64,000 nt of DNA. Source: an uncultured Gemmiger sp. GTDB taxonomy: Bacteria > Bacillota > Clostridia > Oscillospirales > Ruminococcaceae. The first letter of the stretch is position 1; each line of letters opens with the position of its first letter. The notes beneath the pieces were generated by a model. That model did no database searches. It saw only the letters and a list, made by a program, of their open reading frames with translations, and was not told the DNA's origin. Shown one piece after another: positions 1 to 9,676 of the stretch. The translations under genes and the position numbers were made by a program. The stretch is from positions 535 through 64,534 of the forward strand of contig CALWNP010000011.1 of the NCBI GenBank assembly GCA_944382835.1, in the 5' to 3' direction.

Positions 1-204
1 ACCGCTATACGGCGTTCAATCCTGCATAGCAGCCTTGTACTGATGACGGTGCTGCCGGTGCTGTGGTTTGCGGCGGAAGCGGTGATTCCTCAGAAATATC
101 TTGTCGCTAAACAAATCGTTGGAACGGCAGTGGTGCTGCTGGTTCTGTTGGTCCCTATGATTGTAGCGGGAACCCGGGCGGACAGGCAGCAGAACAAACA
201 ATAA
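1..204 (+). CDS. 3' end of a membrane protein (partial, begins before window)
   Basis: Open frame 1 to TAA at 202-204 encodes two hydrophobic stretches (LVLMTVLPVLWFAAEAVI; IVGTAVVLLVLLVPMIVAG) and is followed by a terminator. Confidence 0.6.
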   Translation, partial: TAIRRSILHSSLVLMTVLPVLWFAAEAVIPQKYLVAKQIVGTAVVLLVLLVPMIVAGTRADRQQNKQ

Positions 205-240
205 AAAGGAGGATCCCCTGGGGTGGGGATCCTCCTTTTC
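203..240. terminator. bidirectional intrinsic terminator
   Basis: AAAAAGGAGGATCCCC-tggggt-GGGGATCCTCCTTTT between convergent genes. Confidence 0.85.
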
Positions 241-247
241 CATCCGA

Positions 248-1441
248 TCAATCCCGGCTGTACAGGTCCCGGGTATAGACCTTGTCGGCCACGTCGGACA
301 GTTCCGGAGCGGCGCGGTTGGCAATAATGATGTCACACATCGACTTGAACGCATCCAGATCGCGCACGACCTTGCTGCGGAAAAATTCGTCCTCCTTCAG
401 GGTGGGCTCATACACCACAACGGGAACACCCTTGGCTTTGATCCGCTTCATCACACCCTGGATGCTGGACTGGCGGAAGTTGTCACTGCCGGACTTCATG
501 GTCAGGCGGTAAACACCCACTACCTGGGGATTGCGGGAGAGAATATCCTCGGCAATAAAGTCCTTGCGGGTGCGGTTGGAATCCACGATGGCCTGGATCA
601 GATTCTGCGGCACATCGTTGTAGTTTGCCAGCAGCTGCTTGGTGTCCTTGGGCAGACAGTAACCGCCATAGCCGAAGCTGGGGTTGTTGTAATGATTGCC
701 GATGCGGGGGTCCAGGCAGACGCCGTCAATGATGTTGCGGGCGTTCAGACCGCGTACCGAAGCGTAGGTGTCCAGCTCATTGAAATAGGAGACACGCAGC
801 GCAAGATAGGTGTTGGCAAACAGCTTGATGGCTTCCGCCTCGGTCAGGCCGGGGAAGAGGGTGGGCACGTCCTGTTTCTGGGCGCCCTGCTGCAGCATCG
901 AGGCAAAGGTATGGGCCTTTGCCTCCAGATCGGGATCGTTGGCGGGAACGCCCACCACAATCCGGCTGGGGAACAGATTGTCATACAAGGCGTGACCTTC
1001 CCGCAAAAACTCAGGGCTGAACAGGATGTGGGGGTTGTGAAACTTTTCCCGGACCTGTACCGTATATCCCACCGGGACGGTGGACTTGATGACGACGGTG
1101 GCTTCGGGGGCATAGTCGGAAATCAGCTTGAGCACCGCCTCCACGCTGGAGGTATCAAAATAGTTCTTTTTGGGATCGTAGTTGGTGGGGGTGGAAATCA
1201 CAATGAAATCCGCACCGGTATAGGCAGCTTTGGCATTGGTGGTGGCGCGCAGGTCCAGCGGGCAGGGGCCACGTCCCGAAAGGAATTCTTCGATTTCCTT
1301 ATCCACAATGGGCGACTTGTGGTTGTTGATCATCTCTACCTTTTCGGGGAGGATGTCCACCGCCCATACCTCATTGTGCTGGGCCAGGAGCAGGCTGATG
1401 GAAAGGCCTACATAGCCGGTACCGGCAACTGCGATTTTCAT
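248..1441 (-). CDS. ugd: UDP-glucose 6-dehydrogenase
   Basis: Rossmann start [22 protein letters not shown], catalytic [10 protein letters not shown]; start trimmed to ATG at 1441. Confidence 0.95.
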   Translation of the reverse strand: MKIAVAGTGYVGLSISLLLAQHNEVWAVDILPEKVEMINNHKSPIVDKEIEEFLSGRGPCPLDLRATTNAKAAYTGADFIVISTPTNYDPKKNYFDTSSVEAVLKLISDYAPEATVVIKSTVPVGYTVQVREKFHNPHILFSPEFLREGHALYDNLFPSRIVVGVPANDPDLEAKAHTFASMLQQGAQKQDVPTLFPGLTEAEAIKLFANTYLALRVSYFNELDTYASVRGLNARNIIDGVCLDPRIGNHYNNPSFGYGGYCLPKDTKQLLANYNDVPQNLIQAIVDSNRTRKDFIAEDILSRNPQVVGVYRLTMKSGSDNFRQSSIQGVMKRIKAKGVPVVVYEPTLKEDEFFRSKVVRDLDAFKSMCDIIIANRAAPELSDVADKVYTRDLYSRD

Positions 1442-1491
1442 ACAAACGTCCTTCTTTCTCTTATTTGGGATGGGTGATGTGAAGATACGCA

Positions 1492-2676
1492 TTACCCTTT
1501 GGAGACAACATGTCGGATTGCCTTGGCAAGGCGGTACAAGGGCCACCGGTTCAGTTTGGCCTGGACGGCATCCCGTTGGGCTTCCAGGGCGTGGCAGGTG
1601 CGAAGCGCCCCCTGATAGGCCTCGTCCACCCGGTGCAGCTCCTGCTGCGTCTGAAGCAGCTGAGCGTGGGTGCGCAGGAGGAGATACTGGGGAAAAGCAG
1701 AAAGAACCCGATCATATTCCTGCCGGGCAATGGCTTCAAACAGCTCCTGCTCTGTGGAGTCCGCAACATAGAGCTTTCGTGACAGACAGAGCTGAACAAC
1801 AGGGGTCCATGCTTCCAACAGACGGCGGCGCGAAGCAGCATCCCCGACGCTGGCGCTGACAAAAATCAAGGATAGATAGTGATCGGCATCATGTCCGCAT
1901 TCCTGATCGAAACATGCCGGATATCCGGCCTTTGCGTAAATCTCGTACAGCAGCAAGGTGTCGCCAGCTCTGCCGGCAAGAAAGGCGGCTGTATGGGAAT
2001 GGGAAAGGGAAGTGCTGCGTACCGTAAAACGATAGACCAGCCGGTTCAAAAAAACCATGTGCCGGGACACCATCAGGTATTGTGCCAGGAACAAAACATC
2101 TTCCATGGAACTGTCCGGTTTGAACCGCAGATTATTTTTGACAATAAGGTCGGTTCGATAGATCTTGCACCAGAAAATCTGCCGGACCTCATGAATCTTG
2201 TCATAATCCGCGGGAAAATGGTATTCCTTGCGCGGGTCAGAAATCTCACATCCCGGTCCGAACTCTGCAAGCGGGGTCCCGTCTTCGGTAACCTCTTGGT
2301 ATCGGCCGGTGACGAGATCGGCACCGCTGGATTGGGCTTCCTGATACAGAAGCTCACAGGCTTGCGGCATAAGGGTATCGTCATTGTCCAGAAACATGAC
2401 ATAGGGGGTTCGGAGCTGTTCCAGGGCAAGATTCCGAGGCGCCCCAGCAAAACCAGAATTTTGCTTGGTTTGCAGGACTGTTATGTTGGGATAGGTCTTG
2501 GCCAATTCTGTCTCGTAGGCATAACTTCCGTCGGTGGAACAGTCATCACAAAAAAAGACCTGCAATGCATCAAAACCGATGGTTTGGTCAAGCAGGGATT
2601 TCAGAACCCGTGGAAGGTAGGAGCGGGCATTGTAAACCGGAACCACGACGCTGATTTTTGCCTCAGCCGTTGCCAT
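1492..2676 (-). CDS. GT2 family glycosyltransferase with C-terminal coiled-coil tail
   Basis: [29 protein letters not shown] motifs; AGGAGG RBS before ATG at 2676 (real gene inside the 920-aa ORF call). Confidence 0.9.
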   Translation of the reverse strand: MATAEAKISVVVPVYNARSYLPRVLKSLLDQTIGFDALQVFFCDDCSTDGSYAYETELAKTYPNITVLQTKQNSGFAGAPRNLALEQLRTPYVMFLDNDDTLMPQACELLYQEAQSSGADLVTGRYQEVTEDGTPLAEFGPGCEISDPRKEYHFPADYDKIHEVRQIFWCKIYRTDLIVKNNLRFKPDSSMEDVLFLAQYLMVSRHMVFLNRLVYRFTVRSTSLSHSHTAAFLAGRAGDTLLLYEIYAKAGYPACFDQECGHDADHYLSLIFVSASVGDAASRRRLLEAWTPVVQLCLSRKLYVADSTEQELFEAIARQEYDRVLSAFPQYLLLRTHAQLLQTQQELHRVDEAYQGALRTCHALEAQRDAVQAKLNRWPLYRLAKAIRHVVSKG

Positions 2677-2679
2677 GGC

Positions 2680-2708
2680 TTGCACCTCCTGTTGGGTTTG
2701 TGTATAAT
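2680..2708 (+). promoter_or_regulatory. sigma-A promoter for the GT4 operon
   Basis: TTGCAC-N17-TATAAT. Confidence 0.65.
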
Positions 2709-2725
2709 GTCTAAAGAACTCTCTC

Positions 2726-2754
2726 ATTATAACGCATTTTTGCATGGGTAGCAA
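2726..2754 (-). promoter_or_regulatory. sigma-A promoter for GT2-ugd
   Basis: TTGCTA-N17-TATAAT on the minus strand. Confidence 0.65.
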
Positions 2755-2778
2755 GAGGTCATGTTTTGGAGGCCGGTT

Positions 2779-3174
2779 ATGGATAATAAGGTAAATGTGG
2801 AACAAATCATGCAGGAAATCCGCGCCCAGGCGGCACAGCAGCCTGCCTATGAGCCCGACGCGGTGTTTTCTGCCCAGGGATTTGGCACCAAGAAAAAGCT
2901 GCAGCTTGCGGCGCTGCGCACCGGGCGCAAGGTCAAAAACGGCTGCCAGAAGTTTGCAGGAAAATTCATCCGGCTTTTTGTGGCAATGTACCTGTTTGCT
3001 AAAAACCAGTTTGTCAGCGGCAAAAATGTGATCCTGGACAATGCCGCCAAGACCAATGAACTCACCCGTTATGTGCACGGAGACCTGGAAACCCGGTTGG
3101 CTGCACTGGAAGATGAAAATGCCCGTCTGCGGGAAGAAGTGAACCGTCTGAAGGCGGCAAACGGAACCAGATAA
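2779..3174 (+). CDS. small hypothetical protein with C-terminal coiled coil
   Basis: GGAGG RBS before ATG 2779; MDNKVNVEQIMQEIR start and LETRLAALEDENARLREEVNRLK heptads; first gene of the GT4 operon. Confidence 0.75.
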   Translation: MDNKVNVEQIMQEIRAQAAQQPAYEPDAVFSAQGFGTKKKLQLAALRTGRKVKNGCQKFAGKFIRLFVAMYLFAKNQFVSGKNVILDNAAKTNELTRYVHGDLETRLAALEDENARLREEVNRLKAANGTR

Positions 3175-3186
3175 GGGGAGCGGACG

Positions 3187-4275
3187 ATGAGGGTCTTTCA
3201 TATTTTGCCGACGCTGGTCTACGGGGATGCGGTGAGCAACGATGCCCGCGCCCTGAATGTGATTCTGGTGGAGATGGGATACCGCTGCCGGCTGTATGTG
3301 GCGCGGACCATCCCGCGGTTTGAAGGTTCGCTGGCATTTCCCGTGGGGACCATGCCCCGGACACTGCCGGATGACATTCTGATCTACCATCTCTCCACAG
3401 GGGATGCGCTGAACGAGCAGCTGATCTCGATGCCGGGTCACAAGCTGATCATCTATCATAACATCACACCGCCGGAATTTTTCCGGCCCTATTCCCAGGC
3501 GGCAGCCGACCTGACGGCCCGGGGGTATGAGCAGACCAAGGCGCTGGCACCTTATGCCGAGTATTGCATTGCGGATTCGGCCTACAATGCCTCGGAGCTG
3601 CGGCGGATGGGGTATACCTGCCCCATCGATGTGGTTCCGATCCTGATTCCCTTCGAGGATTACCGCCGCACCCCCGATGCGGCGGTGCAGAACCGTTATC
3701 GGGACGGACACACCAATCTGCTTTTTGTGGGACGCATTGCCCCCAACAAGCGGCAGGAAGATGTAATCCGTGCCTTTGATTGCTATAAACGAACCTATGA
3801 CCCCACCGCCCGGCTGTTTCTGGTGGGCAGCTTCAGCCAGGAAGACCTGTACTACGACAATCTCCAGCACTACTGCCGCGAGCTGGGGGTACAGGATGTG
3901 ATCTTCCCGGGGCATATCCGGTTTGAGGAGATTCTGGCCTACTACACCATCAGCGATCTGTTTCTCTGCATGAGCGATCACGAGGGCTTTTGCGTGCCCA
4001 TTGTGGAGGCCATGTGCTTTGATCTGCCCATCGTCGCCAAGGACACCACGGCGGTGGGGGATACCCTGGGCGGCGGGGGATTGTTGCTGCCCGATGCCGA
4101 TCCGAAGGTGGCGGCAGCCGCCATCCACCGTCTGTTGAAGGACGAGGCGTTGAAGGCACAGCTTCATGGGGCACAACAAAAACGGCTGGCCGAATTTGAT
4201 TACGACTGTGTGCGGCGGCAGTTTGAAGACAGCTTCAACCGCTTTCTGGCACAAATTGGAATGGGACGGCAGTGA
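3187..4275 (+). CDS. GT4 family glycosyltransferase
   Basis: LLFVGRIAPNK and SDHEGFCVPIVEAM (EX7E) GT-B motifs. Confidence 0.92.
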   Translation: MRVFHILPTLVYGDAVSNDARALNVILVEMGYRCRLYVARTIPRFEGSLAFPVGTMPRTLPDDILIYHLSTGDALNEQLISMPGHKLIIYHNITPPEFFRPYSQAAADLTARGYEQTKALAPYAEYCIADSAYNASELRRMGYTCPIDVVPILIPFEDYRRTPDAAVQNRYRDGHTNLLFVGRIAPNKRQEDVIRAFDCYKRTYDPTARLFLVGSFSQEDLYYDNLQHYCRELGVQDVIFPGHIRFEEILAYYTISDLFLCMSDHEGFCVPIVEAMCFDLPIVAKDTTAVGDTLGGGGLLLPDADPKVAAAAIHRLLKDEALKAQLHGAQQKRLAEFDYDCVRRQFEDSFNRFLAQIGMGRQ

Positions 4276-5483
4276 ACGAGATGGAAAACAAGAAAAAAAT
4301 CTGCTTTGTCATCCAGCGATACGGGCTGGAGATCAACGGTGGTGCCGAAACCTACTGCCGGGAACTGGCAGAACGACTGCTGGACCGCTATGACGTCAGT
4401 GTGTTTACCACCTGTGCCATCGATTATATGACCTGGGCCAACCAATACCCGGCGGGCCCGTGTGAGATCAACGGGGTCAAGGTGTACCGCTTTCCGGTGG
4501 ACAATCCCCGGCGGCAGGAAGTGTTTGACGAGGTCAATGGCCGTTTCCTGCGGGGGGAAATCTGCAGCAACGCCGAGGAAGACGGCTGGTTTGTGGCCCA
4601 GGGACCCTATTCTCTGGCCTTGCTTGAGGCGCTGCGCCAGGCCCATGACCGGTACGATGTCTTTCTGATGTGCACCTACCTCTATTTTCAGACCGCCTGT
4701 GGCACCGAACTGGTGCGGGATAAAGCAATCCTGATTCCCATGACCCACGATGAGCCCTATCTGCAGATGCGGCGGATCCGGCGGCTGTTCCACCAACCCC
4801 GTGCGTTTCTCTTCCTGACCGAGGAGGAGCGGGACCTGGTGTATCAGAAGTTTGGTGTCAACGGGACACCGGCGGCGGTGGGCGGCGCAGGAGTGGACCT
4901 GCCCGCCGATGTGAATGCCGCCCGGTTTATGGCCAAGTACGGGCTGGAAAATGTTCCGTACATTGTCTATGTGGGGCGGATTGATGCCGGCAAAAACTGT
5001 GATGTGATGTTCCGCTACTGGCAGGCCTATAAGGAGCGCAATCCTGGCCCGCTGCGTCTTGTGCTGATGGGCAAGCCGGTGATCCCGGTACCCCAGCGGG
5101 AGGATATTCTCAGCCTGGGATTTGTCAGCGAACAAGATAAATTTGATGGGGTGGCAGGCGCAAAGTTCCTGCTGCTGCCGTCCCGCTTTGAAAGCCTTTC
5201 CATTGTGGTGCTGGAGGCCATGTCGCTGAAGGTGCCGGTTTTGGTGGACGGGGACTGCGCTGTGCTCAAAGGACATTGTGTCAAGAGCAATGCGGGGTTG
5301 TATTACCAAAGTTATCTCGAATTTGAAGGGGCTGTGAATCTGCTGCTGAAAAACGAGCCGCTGCGGGCGGCGCTGGGGCAGAACGGTCCGGATTATGTGG
5401 AGCAGGAGTATCGCTGGGATGTCATCCTGGACAAGGTATCCGGGTTGATTGAAAAGGTGTCGGAGGGGGAAGACAAACAATGA
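4272..5483 (+). CDS. GT4 family glycosyltransferase
   Basis: GGAE N-terminal motif, YVGRIDAGK, SRFESLSIVVLEAM; overlaps previous stop. Confidence 0.92.
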   Translation: MNEMENKKKICFVIQRYGLEINGGAETYCRELAERLLDRYDVSVFTTCAIDYMTWANQYPAGPCEINGVKVYRFPVDNPRRQEVFDEVNGRFLRGEICSNAEEDGWFVAQGPYSLALLEALRQAHDRYDVFLMCTYLYFQTACGTELVRDKAILIPMTHDEPYLQMRRIRRLFHQPRAFLFLTEEERDLVYQKFGVNGTPAAVGGAGVDLPADVNAARFMAKYGLENVPYIVYVGRIDAGKNCDVMFRYWQAYKERNPGPLRLVLMGKPVIPVPQREDILSLGFVSEQDKFDGVAGAKFLLLPSRFESLSIVVLEAMSLKVPVLVDGDCAVLKGHCVKSNAGLYYQSYLEFEGAVNLLLKNEPLRAALGQNGPDYVEQEYRWDVILDKVSGLIEKVSEGEDKQ

Positions 5484-6673
5484 AAAAACTGGCATTTGTC
5501 ATTCCCTGGTTTTCCAAGGAGATCAGCGGCGGAGCGGAGATTGCGCTGCGGGATCTGACACAGCATCTGGCAGCGGACGGGGTGGAGCTGGAAATTCTGA
5601 CCACCTGCGTCAAAGCTTTTACCAGCGACTGGGGAACCAATTATTTCCCGCTGGGAACCGAGAAAATCAACGGCATCACGGTACGGCGGTTCTGGGCGGA
5701 TGCCCGGGCTCCCAAAGCCTTTGGCGCTCTCAATGTCAAACTCATGGCCGGAACCCGCCTGAACCGGGACGAAGAAACGGTTTTCCTCAACCAGATGGTC
5801 AACAGTGACGATCTCTACGACTATATCCGTCTGCACCATGAGGATTACGGGCTCTTTGTCTTCATTCCCTATATGTTCGGCACCACCTATTTCGGTGCGG
5901 CCGCAGCGGGCGACAAAGCGGTTCTGATTCCCTGCTTCCATGACGAAGCCTATGCCCATATGCGCTGCTTTGAGTACCGCTATTCCCGGGTAAAGGGAAT
6001 GGCCTTTCTGTCCGCCCCGGAAAGTGAGTTCGCCCATTCCCTGTGCAATCTGACTTCGGTCCGCACCGAGGTCCTGGGACTGGGGGTGGAGGAGATCCCA
6101 GGGGACGAGGGGAGATTCCGCCAAAAATATGGTATTCAGGCTCCCTTCATTCTGTATGCCGGCCGCAAAGAAACCGGCAAAAAGGTGGATCTCCTTCTCC
6201 GGCATTTTGCCCGGTATAAGCTGGAATCCCACTCGCCGCTGAAACTGGTCCTGATCGGTGGTGGACAGATTGAGATTCCCGATGAGGTGGCTGAGGATGT
6301 GATGGACCTGGGATTTGTCAGCCGTCAGGATAAATATGACGCCTACGCAGCGGCAACGATTTTCTGCCAGCCGTCCTGGTACGAGAGCTTTTCCATCGTC
6401 ATTATGGAAAGCTGGCTGGCCAAACGTCCGGTCCTGGTCAGTGGCCAGTGTGCCGTGACCCGGGACTTTGTCTGCCGGAGCGGCGGCGGGCTGTATTTCG
6501 AGGACTATCCCACCTTTGCGGGGGCAGTGGAACGGTTGATGCATGACCCGGACCTGGCAAAGCAGATGGGAGAAAACGGTCATGCCTTTGTGCATGAAAA
6601 TTTTGTCTGGTCCAAGGTGACCGAGCGGTACCGCCGGTTCTTTGAGGAGTTGTGCGGAAATTCTCCAGAATAA
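5480..6673 (+). CDS. GT4 family glycosyltransferase (paralog of the preceding gene)
   Basis: GGAE, YAGRKETGK, SWYESFSIVIMESW; ATGA overlap. Confidence 0.92.
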   Translation: MKKLAFVIPWFSKEISGGAEIALRDLTQHLAADGVELEILTTCVKAFTSDWGTNYFPLGTEKINGITVRRFWADARAPKAFGALNVKLMAGTRLNRDEETVFLNQMVNSDDLYDYIRLHHEDYGLFVFIPYMFGTTYFGAAAAGDKAVLIPCFHDEAYAHMRCFEYRYSRVKGMAFLSAPESEFAHSLCNLTSVRTEVLGLGVEEIPGDEGRFRQKYGIQAPFILYAGRKETGKKVDLLLRHFARYKLESHSPLKLVLIGGGQIEIPDEVAEDVMDLGFVSRQDKYDAYAAATIFCQPSWYESFSIVIMESWLAKRPVLVSGQCAVTRDFVCRSGGGLYFEDYPTFAGAVERLMHDPDLAKQMGENGHAFVHENFVWSKVTERYRRFFEELCGNSPE

Positions 6674-6689
6674 GGATTGAGTCCTTTAC

Positions 6690-6718
6690 TTGAATTTTTT
6701 GCCGAAACTGTGTATAGT
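6690..6718 (+). promoter_or_regulatory. sigma-A promoter
   Basis: TTGAAT-N17-TATAGT upstream of the GT2 at 6777. Confidence 0.6.
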
Positions 6719-6776
6719 AAGATAGATATCTGAAGAAAAGAGAAGAAAAAGAGAAGAAAGGAAGTTTCAGCCTGTT

Positions 6777-7808
6777 ATGAAACTGATCATTCAAATTCCA
6801 TGTTACAACGAAGAGGCAACCCTGGATGTGACCATCCGGGATCTCCCGCGCCACATTGATGGTGTGGATGAGATTGAATATCTGATCATCAATGACGGCA
6901 GCAAGGATGGAACAGTGGCCCGCGCCCGGGAGCTGGGTGTGGACCATGTGGTCAGTTTCAAGCAGAATAAGGGCCTTGCCCAGGGGTTCATGGCGGGACT
7001 GGATGCCTGCCTGCATCTGGGCGCCGATATTATTGTCAATACCGATGCCGACAACCAGTATTGCGGCGAGGACATCGAAAAGCTGATCCGTCCCATTCTG
7101 GAAGGCAAGGCGGACATGGTCATCGGGGAACGCCCGATTGACGAGACCGAGCATTTCAGCAAAAAGAAGAAGATGTTCCAGCATCTGGGCAGCTGGGTGG
7201 TCCGGAAAGCCAGCGGCACCGACATCCCCGACGCACCCAGCGGATTCCGCGCTTACAGCCGCGATGCAGCGCTGCGCATCAATGTGACCAACGACTATAC
7301 ATACACTCTGGAGACCATCATCCAGGCCGGACGCAGCAAGATGGCGCTGACCAGCGTTCCCATCCGGACCAACCCGGAGCTGCGCAAGAGCCGCCTGTTC
7401 AAGAGCATGTGGAGCTATATGAAGCGCTCTGCCAGCGTGATCTCCCGCAGCTATGTCATGTATTCGCCCCTCAAGTTCTTTGGCAGCATCGGTGTTGTTG
7501 TCTTTGCCATCGGTGTCATCATGGGAATTGTGCAGCTGTACTATGTCTTCTCGGGAGAGGGCGGAATGCACATCCAAAGCCTGATCCTGACCACCGTCCT
7601 GCTGCTGTTGGGTGCACAGACCTTTTTCATGGGGCTGCAGGCGGATATGATCTCCAAAAACCGCAAGATTCTGGAGGACATTCAGTATCGTCTGCGCCGT
7701 GCCACCAGCGACGAGCGTCCGGATGACCTCCTCACCGAGGAACAGCTCCAGGCGTACTGTGAAGCACACCCTGCCATGCCCCGGGAAGATGACATGGCGA
7801 AGGTGTAA
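6777..7808 (+). CDS. GT2 polyprenol-phosphate glycosyltransferase (DPM1/GtrB-like)
   Basis: IPCYNEE, INDGSKD, NTDADNQY, SGFRAY, two C-terminal TM helices. Confidence 0.88.
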   Translation: MKLIIQIPCYNEEATLDVTIRDLPRHIDGVDEIEYLIINDGSKDGTVARARELGVDHVVSFKQNKGLAQGFMAGLDACLHLGADIIVNTDADNQYCGEDIEKLIRPILEGKADMVIGERPIDETEHFSKKKKMFQHLGSWVVRKASGTDIPDAPSGFRAYSRDAALRINVTNDYTYTLETIIQAGRSKMALTSVPIRTNPELRKSRLFKSMWSYMKRSASVISRSYVMYSPLKFFGSIGVVVFAIGVIMGIVQLYYVFSGEGGMHIQSLILTTVLLLLGAQTFFMGLQADMISKNRKILEDIQYRLRRATSDERPDDLLTEEQLQAYCEAHPAMPREDDMAKV

Positions 7809-7851
7809 TATTTGTGAGGATTGCGGCTGCCATCTGTTGACAGCCGGCATC

Positions 7852-7880
7852 TGCCATGGCCCACTGCCATGGCATTTTTT
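7852..7880 (+). terminator. intrinsic terminator
   Basis: TGCCATGGC-ccact-GCCATGGCA followed by T6. Confidence 0.8.
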
Positions 7881-7962
7881 GTAGATAGAATGCGGGACCA
7901 AGCCCGATACGCCGGAAAAGACACAGGGTAACAGACTGCGTTGTAGAAAGCGGGGAAAGCAT

Positions 7963-8688
7963 ATGATAGAAAAAAAGCGGTTTCATATCACGCCTTTTCG
8001 CATTCTGTTTATGCTGACCCTGATGGTTGTGGTGGTGACCGGCGGGCTTCTCTGGTATATCTTTTCCACAAGCACCAACCCACTGTTTTCTATTCGGCGG
8101 GATGTGGAGATTCCGACGCTCACCGGATTGACCCGGGATGAAATTGACAGCCGGCCGGAGGCATTAAAGCTGACCATCCAGTGGGAGGAAGCCTTTTCTC
8201 CCACCTATGAGGCCGGTGTGGTGTTCCGGCAGCGTCCCCAGGCGGGGCGGACGGTCAAAGAGGGCCAGAAACTGGTCCTGACGGTCAGCAAGGGGGCGGA
8301 CTGGCGCACAGTTCCCGATGTCCAGGGGCAGCTCCGGGAGGACGCCCTGGCAGCACTTCAAGCCGAAGGACTTTCCACATCGGTGGAGTTTTTGGAGGAC
8401 GGCACGGTAACCGCCTATACCGTCATCCGCACCGAGCCCGCCGCCGGTACCCAGGCGCTGGCAGGGGACCGGGTCAAGGTGGTGGTGGCATGCCCGGTGC
8501 CGGATCCCTTCCGCAGCGTGCCCAATGTGATCGGTCTTTCCCTGGCAGAAGCCCGGCGCAAGCTGCTGGAAGTGGGGCTGCAGCCCATCGCAGTTCCCTC
8601 TAACGCCACCGAAGGGACGGTATCCAGCCAAGACCCCCTGCCCAGCCACCTGGTCCGGGTCAATGAGAAAATATATCTGTATCTTTGA
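7963..8688 (+). CDS. membrane-anchored PASTA-repeat protein without catalytic domain
   Basis: One N-terminal TM helix then three PASTA-like repeats (IPTLTG, VPDVQG, VPNVIG; Q.P.AG..V..G..V.L.VS). Confidence 0.85.
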   Translation: MIEKKRFHITPFRILFMLTLMVVVVTGGLLWYIFSTSTNPLFSIRRDVEIPTLTGLTRDEIDSRPEALKLTIQWEEAFSPTYEAGVVFRQRPQAGRTVKEGQKLVLTVSKGADWRTVPDVQGQLREDALAALQAEGLSTSVEFLEDGTVTAYTVIRTEPAAGTQALAGDRVKVVVACPVPDPFRSVPNVIGLSLAEARRKLLEVGLQPIAVPSNATEGTVSSQDPLPSHLVRVNEKIYLYL

Positions 8689-8697
8689 AGACAAAAC

Positions 8698-8760
8698 AAG
8701 CCGTACCATTCTGCAATGGCGTCGATTGGAGCACTTTTGCGGGGAGGGTACGGCTTTTCT
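8698..8760 (+). terminator. long stem-loop, probable terminator
   Basis: AAGCCGTACC...GGTACGGCTT followed by TTCT. Confidence 0.6.
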
Positions 8761-8864
8761 GCGGTTTACAGTGTGGATTCTTGTGATAAAAAATAGTATT
8801 ATGGAAAAGACAGGAAAATAAGTGGAAACTTTGACAGGTTGCACCGTATGGGAAAGGAAGATGC

Positions 8865-9650
8865 GTGTTGGCCAAGATTCTCATACAGATCATTCCGTTT
8901 CTGGTAGGGACTGCCTTTTTCTCCTTCTGTGATCTGGTGGTTTACCGGCTGCCGCGGGGTGAAAAGATCCTGCTGGGAAGGAGCCGGTGCGAACACTGCG
9001 GCAAGGTGCTGCCGCCCCAGGATCTGGTACCGGTGATGGGGTGGTTGACACGGCGGGGACATTGCCGCTTTTGCGGCGGGTCGATCCCGGTCCATTGCCT
9101 TGCCATGGAAGTGACAGGAGGTCTGCTCAGCCTGCTGATGGCCTGGAAATACGGTGGCGGCTGGGCACTGGAAGAGGGCGGCCTGGGGCTGTCCTGGCGA
9201 GCCTGGTGGGCGTTGCTGGTGGCTGGAATTTTGGTGATGGTGGCACGGATGGATGGCAAGACCAACCTGATCCCGGACCCCCTGAATGGGGCACTTCTGG
9301 CGGCAGGAATCTGGTCGGGGCTGCTTTTCCCGTCGCCCGGCTGGACGGCTCGCTTGCTGGGGACCGTCTGCGTCAGCTTGCCGATGTATCTTCTTTGCCG
9401 GGTGATTCCGGATGCCTTTGGCGGCGGTGACATCAAACTGATGGCAGCGGCCGGTCTGATGCTGGGATGGCAGCGGAATCTTCTGGCCTTCTTTCTGGCT
9501 TTGCTGGGTGGCGGTGCAGTTGCGGCGGTACTGCTGCTCACCGCCCGGATCAAGCCAAGGGACCATCTGGCGTTTGGCCCGTATCTCTGCGCCGGGATTG
9601 GTGTTTCCATGCTGTTTGGCGATAAGATCCTGGCCTGGTATCTTGGCTGA
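8865..9650 (+). CDS. pilD: prepilin peptidase, A24 family
   Basis: Two CxxC pairs (CEHC, CRFC), GGGDIKL catalytic motif, FGPYL, multiple TM helices. Confidence 0.92.
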   Translation: MLAKILIQIIPFLVGTAFFSFCDLVVYRLPRGEKILLGRSRCEHCGKVLPPQDLVPVMGWLTRRGHCRFCGGSIPVHCLAMEVTGGLLSLLMAWKYGGGWALEEGGLGLSWRAWWALLVAGILVMVARMDGKTNLIPDPLNGALLAAGIWSGLLFPSPGWTARLLGTVCVSLPMYLLCRVIPDAFGGGDIKLMAAAGLMLGWQRNLLAFFLALLGGGAVAAVLLLTARIKPRDHLAFGPYLCAGIGVSMLFGDKILAWYLG

Positions 9651-9676
9651 CAGGTTGAACAAGGGGGGAGAGCAGT

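Noticed and set aside
1492-4254. 920-aa minus-strand ORF as one protein
   Set aside because: Only the last 394 codons (ATG 2676, AGGAGG RBS) are a GT2; the rest is antisense shadow of the GT4 operon
6732-6765. Purine-rich GAAGAAAA(A)GA repeats as a contingency locus
   Set aside because: Imperfect, short and adjacent to the RBS; more simply an unstructured translation enhancer
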